Below are positions 60,338-64,000 of a DNA stretch of 64,000 nucleotides, piece by piece. The stretch is taken from assembly GCA_020845995.1 (NCBI GenBank), contig JADLES010000089.1:320-64319 (forward strand), read 5' to 3'. Position 1 is the first letter of the stretch. The number at the start of each line of letters is the position of its first letter. The notes beneath the pieces are model-generated. The model searched no databases. It worked only from the letters and a program-made list of their open reading frames with translations, and was not told where the DNA came from. This DNA comes from Burkholderiales bacterium. GTDB lineage: Bacteria; Pseudomonadota; Gammaproteobacteria; Burkholderiales; SG8-39. The translations under genes and the position numbers were made by a program.

Positions 60338-61141
60338 ATGAAAGCCAAGGACCTGCACAACATCCCCGACGTCCAGGCTGCGCGCGATTCGCGCAAGCTC
60401 GCGATCGACCAGGTCGGGGTCAAGGCGATCCGCCACCCGGTGCGCATCACGGAGCGCGCGGGCGGCACGCAGCACACCATCGCCAGCTTCAACATGTATG
60501 TCGGCCTGCCGCACCAGTTCAAGGGCACGCACATGTCGCGCTTCGTGGAGATCCTCGCGGCGCAGGAGCGCGAGCTCACGGTGGACAGCTTCAAGGCGAT
60601 GCTCAAGGAGATGGTCGAGCGCCTGGAAGCCGAGGAAGGCCGCATCGAGATGGTCTTTCCCTATTTCATCGAAAAAAAGGCCCCCGTGTCCGGCGTACGC
60701 AGCCTCATGGATTACGAGGTCACGTTCATCGGCGAAGTGAAGAAGGGCCGGCAACACTTCGCGATGAAAGTGCTGGTGCCGGTGACCAGCCTGTGCCCCT
60801 GCTCGAAGAAGATCTCCGACTACGGCGCGCACAACCAGCGCTCGCACGTCACCGTCACCGCGACGACCAGCGACTTCGTCTGGATCGAGGAAATCGTCGA
60901 CCTGGTCGAGAAGCAGGCCTCCAGCGAGCTCTACGGGCTGCTCAAGCGCCCGGACGAGAAGTTCGTCACCGAGCGCGCCTACGACAACCCGAAATTCGTC
61001 GAGGACATGGTGCGCGACGTCGCGGCGATCCTCAACCTGGACGAACGCATCACCGCCTACGTGGTCGAGTCGGAGAATTTCGAGTCGATCCACAACCACT
61101 CCGCCTACGCCCTGATCGAGAGGGAAAAACGGGTTTCCTAG
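60338..61141 (+). CDS. folE2: GTP cyclohydrolase I type 2 (FolE2/GCYH-IB)
   Basis: Contains GTHMSRF, the SLCPCSK metal site and NHSAYA. TATAAT at 60326-60331. Confidence 0.93.
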   Translation: MKAKDLHNIPDVQAARDSRKLAIDQVGVKAIRHPVRITERAGGTQHTIASFNMYVGLPHQFKGTHMSRFVEILAAQERELTVDSFKAMLKEMVERLEAEEGRIEMVFPYFIEKKAPVSGVRSLMDYEVTFIGEVKKGRQHFAMKVLVPVTSLCPCSKKISDYGAHNQRSHVTVTATTSDFVWIEEIVDLVEKQASSELYGLLKRPDEKFVTERAYDNPKFVEDMVRDVAAILNLDERITAYVVESENFESIHNHSAYALIEREKRVS

Positions 61142-61146
61142 CCCGT

Positions 61147-61848
61147 TTGGTCCTGGCCCTGCTCGTGGCTGACGACGCCGGCGCCCAGGATTTCGCGGCG
61201 CAGCGCGCGCGCCTGGTGGCCGAGGTCGAGGCGACCTACGCCGAGACGCGCGCCCTCACCGGGCTGGCGGCGATGTCGCCGCGCGTGCGCGCGGCGCTGG
61301 GCAAGGTCGAGCGCCATCGGCTGGTCCCGACCGGGCAGCGGTCGCTCGCCTACCGCAACCATCCGCTGCCGATCGGCCTGGGGCAGACCATCTCGCAGCC
61401 ATATATCGTCGCCCTTTCGGCGGACCTGATCGCGCCGCAGACGCAGCATGTCGTCCTGGAGGTCGGAACCGGCTCGGGCTACCAGGCGGCGATCCTCGCT
61501 GAGATCGTTTCCAGGGTCTTTTCCATTGAAATCATCGAAACCCTCGGCAAGAAAGCAGAGCAAGACCTCAAGCAACTGGGGTACGCGAACATCGAGATCC
61601 GCATCGGCGACGGCTACCAGGGCTGGCCGGAGAAGGCGCCCTTCGACGGCATCGTGGTCACCGCCGCCGCGCCGCGGGTTCCCGAGGCGCTCATCGAGCA
61701 GCTCAGGCCCGGCGGCAGGATGGTGATCCCGGTGGGCGAGCCGGGCGGGGCGCAGGACCTGGTCCTGATCACGAAGCGCGCCGACGGCGGGTTCGAGCGC
61801 CGGAGCGTGCTGCCCGTGCGCTTCGTGCCCCTGGTCCCCGGAAAGTAA
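61147..61848 (+). CDS. pcm: Protein-L-isoaspartate O-methyltransferase
   Basis: Contains QTISQPYIVA and the SAM motif VLEVGTGSGYQAA, MVIPVG. The start is uncertain: TTG at 61147 or GTG at 61165. The tracked 60793 lies inside folE2. Confidence 0.85.
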   Translation: MVLALLVADDAGAQDFAAQRARLVAEVEATYAETRALTGLAAMSPRVRAALGKVERHRLVPTGQRSLAYRNHPLPIGLGQTISQPYIVALSADLIAPQTQHVVLEVGTGSGYQAAILAEIVSRVFSIEIIETLGKKAEQDLKQLGYANIEIRIGDGYQGWPEKAPFDGIVVTAAAPRVPEALIEQLRPGGRMVIPVGEPGGAQDLVLITKRADGGFERRSVLPVRFVPLVPGK

Positions 61849-61851
61849 AGC

Positions 61852-62502
61852 TCAATAGCGGCGCGTGAGGGTCATGGTCTGACCCTCGCGCCGCATGTCC
61901 ATCCGTCCGAGGAAGGAATTGCCGAGCAGGGCGACCGGGAGGCCCGACTCGATGACGATCGCCTGGACGTTCTGCAGCTCGATGTCGCCCACGCGCACGC
62001 TCGCCAGGGTGACGAGCCACGCCGGCGCCGGGCCGCTCGCGGTCTGCGTAGTCACGCGCTGGCCGTTCTGGTAGTCGATTCGCAGGCGGCTCGCATCGCT
62101 CGCCGGGATCGCGACGGAGGTCGCGCCGGTGTCGACCACGAAGCGGATCGCGCCGCCGTTGACCTGGCCCTCGGCCATGAAATGCCCGCCGGCGCCGACC
62201 GCGAGGGTGACGGTCTGCGCACCGGAACCCGCGCGCGCGCTGCTGTAGGTCTGGCCGCGCTGCAGGATCCTGCGCTTGCCCTCCACTTCGACAGTGGCGC
62301 GGTCCTTTTCGACCGAGATCAGGGTGACGCCGCCGAAGCTCTGCCCGACCTTGACCGTTTTCGGCGCGCCGGCGTCGATCGACAGGATCGCCGCCTTGGT
62401 GTCGAAGGTGCCGATCAGCGCCACGTCGGCGGCCGCCGCGGCGCAGGGGACCAGCGGGGCGAGAAGCGCAATACAATTTCGCGTCGTGAAGCCGGTCGCC
62501 AT
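61852..62502 (-). CDS. Retropepsin-like (clan AA) aspartic protease, TIGR02281-like
   Basis: Signal-like N-terminus CIALLAPLVPCAAAAA. Catalytic FVVDTGATSVAI and LLGNSFL. Confidence 0.8.
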   Translation of the reverse strand: MATGFTTRNCIALLAPLVPCAAAAADVALIGTFDTKAAILSIDAGAPKTVKVGQSFGGVTLISVEKDRATVEVEGKRRILQRGQTYSSARAGSGAQTVTLAVGAGGHFMAEGQVNGGAIRFVVDTGATSVAIPASDASRLRIDYQNGQRVTTQTASGPAPAWLVTLASVRVGDIELQNVQAIVIESGLPVALLGNSFLGRMDMRREGQTMTLTRRY

Positions 62503-63196
62503 CTTCAGGCACGCCCGCAGTGAAGGTCCGGGCTATTTTGCCACTTACCTGGAGCGCCGGGCGATTCCCTGGAAGCTGTTCGCGGTGGACGAGGGCAGGG
62601 ATTTGCCCAAGGACGTGCGCCGCTTCTCCGGGCTCGTCCTGATGGGCGGCCCGATGAGCGTCAACGACGACCTGCCCTGGATCGGGCCGGCGCTGGAACT
62701 GGTGCGCGAGGCCGTGCGCAAGGACGTGCCGGCGCTCGGCCATTGCCTGGGCGGCCAGCTGATGTCCCGGGCGCTGGGCGGAGAGGTGACGCGCGCCCGC
62801 GTCAAGGAGATCGGCTGGGGCGAGGTGCAGGTCGCCGACAACGCGGTGGCGCGCGAATGGTTCGGCGCGCTGGCGTCGTTCGAATCGTTCCACTGGCACG
62901 GCGAGACCTTCAGCATTCCGCCCGGCGGCACGCGCGTGCTCGAGAACAAGCATTGCGCCAACCAGGCCTTTGCCCTTGGCAAGCACCTCGGCATGCAATG
63001 CCACGTCGAAATGACCGAAGAGCTGATCCGCGGCTGGTGCCGCGGCGGCGCCGACGAGATCGAGGCGGCGAAGGATTCGCCGGGCGTGCAGACGCCGGCC
63101 CGGATCGAGAAGAACCTCGATGCGCGCGTCGCCGCGCTGCACGCGGTGGCTGACCGGATCTACGAGCGCTGGACGCAAGGCCTGGCGCCGGGTTAG
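62486..63196 (+). CDS. Class I glutamine amidotransferase (GuaA-N-like)
   Basis: The GTG at 62486 gives (M)KPVAIFRH. Nucleophile GHCLGGQL and QCHVE His-Glu. The tracked upstream 70 codons are antisense to the protease gene and rejected. Confidence 0.85.
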   Translation: MKPVAIFRHARSEGPGYFATYLERRAIPWKLFAVDEGRDLPKDVRRFSGLVLMGGPMSVNDDLPWIGPALELVREAVRKDVPALGHCLGGQLMSRALGGEVTRARVKEIGWGEVQVADNAVAREWFGALASFESFHWHGETFSIPPGGTRVLENKHCANQAFALGKHLGMQCHVEMTEELIRGWCRGGADEIEAAKDSPGVQTPARIEKNLDARVAALHAVADRIYERWTQGLAPG

Positions 63197-63365
63197 CCCG
63201 GGATGGTTGTCCATCAGGCGCCGCGCCGCTCGCCACCGTGATCCAGGACATCCTCAGCCTGCTGGTGTACTTCGCGGTAGTGCGCGCCTTCGGTCTGTGA
63301 TTTCCACCAGCACCGGAAGCGCGACGGTTCGCACCGCCCGCAGCGCGTGGGTGGCGATCCTTCCT

Positions 63366-64000
<635 letters not shown>

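Noticed and set aside
58862-61099. 745-aa minus-strand ORF
   Set aside because: It is antisense to dxs and folE2, both of which have clear signatures.
63238-63300. 20-codon hydrophobic ORF (GTG; IQDILSLLVYFAVVRAFGL) in the amidotransferase/DAHP synthase spacer
   Set aside because: It has no Shine-Dalgarno, a GTG start and no flanking structure. It is too short to evaluate without conservation data.

Overview
GC-rich, gene-dense chromosomal segment that looks beta-proteobacterial: several Bug/TctC receptors and the syntenies recA-recX-alaS, exbBD-lpxK-kdsB-adk, tsaE-amidase...mutL-miaA and xseB-ispA-dxs. About 70 protein-coding genes are supportable. I saw no rRNA, tRNA, CRISPR array, integrase or transposase. 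Most of the window is housekeeping, interrupted by four accessory blocks. (i) A mosaic recX-alaS interval where ppk2 is bracketed by a 180-bp near-identical direct repeat and sits next to a fossil 3' end of a second recX. (ii) A tightly coupled six-gene operon at 9.75-16.2 kb: GT-C/GT39-like glycosyltransferase, UbiA/phosphoribosyltransferase-like prenyltransferase, stand-alone cNMP-binding protein, DedA::FAD disulfide-reductase fusion, and TIGR04283-like and TIGR04282-like transferases. This is my best candidate for an undescribed envelope glycolipid or glycosylation system. (iii) A Bug-receptor island at 30.5-39.5 kb, bordered by a decayed AbrB-PIN toxin-antitoxin relic and containing a 577-aa CxxC protein of unknown function. 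(iv) A TAXI-TRAP transporter co-oriented and partly translationally coupled with hydrolase, SDR, B12-radical-SAM and MBL-like genes, followed by vapBC. Non-coding highlights are an aromatic-rich leader peptide with terminator/antiterminator upstream of a DAHP synthase, five DnaA-box-like 9-mers upstream of exbB, a LexA box upstream of recA, and a long palindrome over the alaS -10 region. Many long ORFs in the six-frame track are antisense or alternate-frame artefacts of high GC. All family assignments come from reading motifs by eye; no HMM or BLAST was run.
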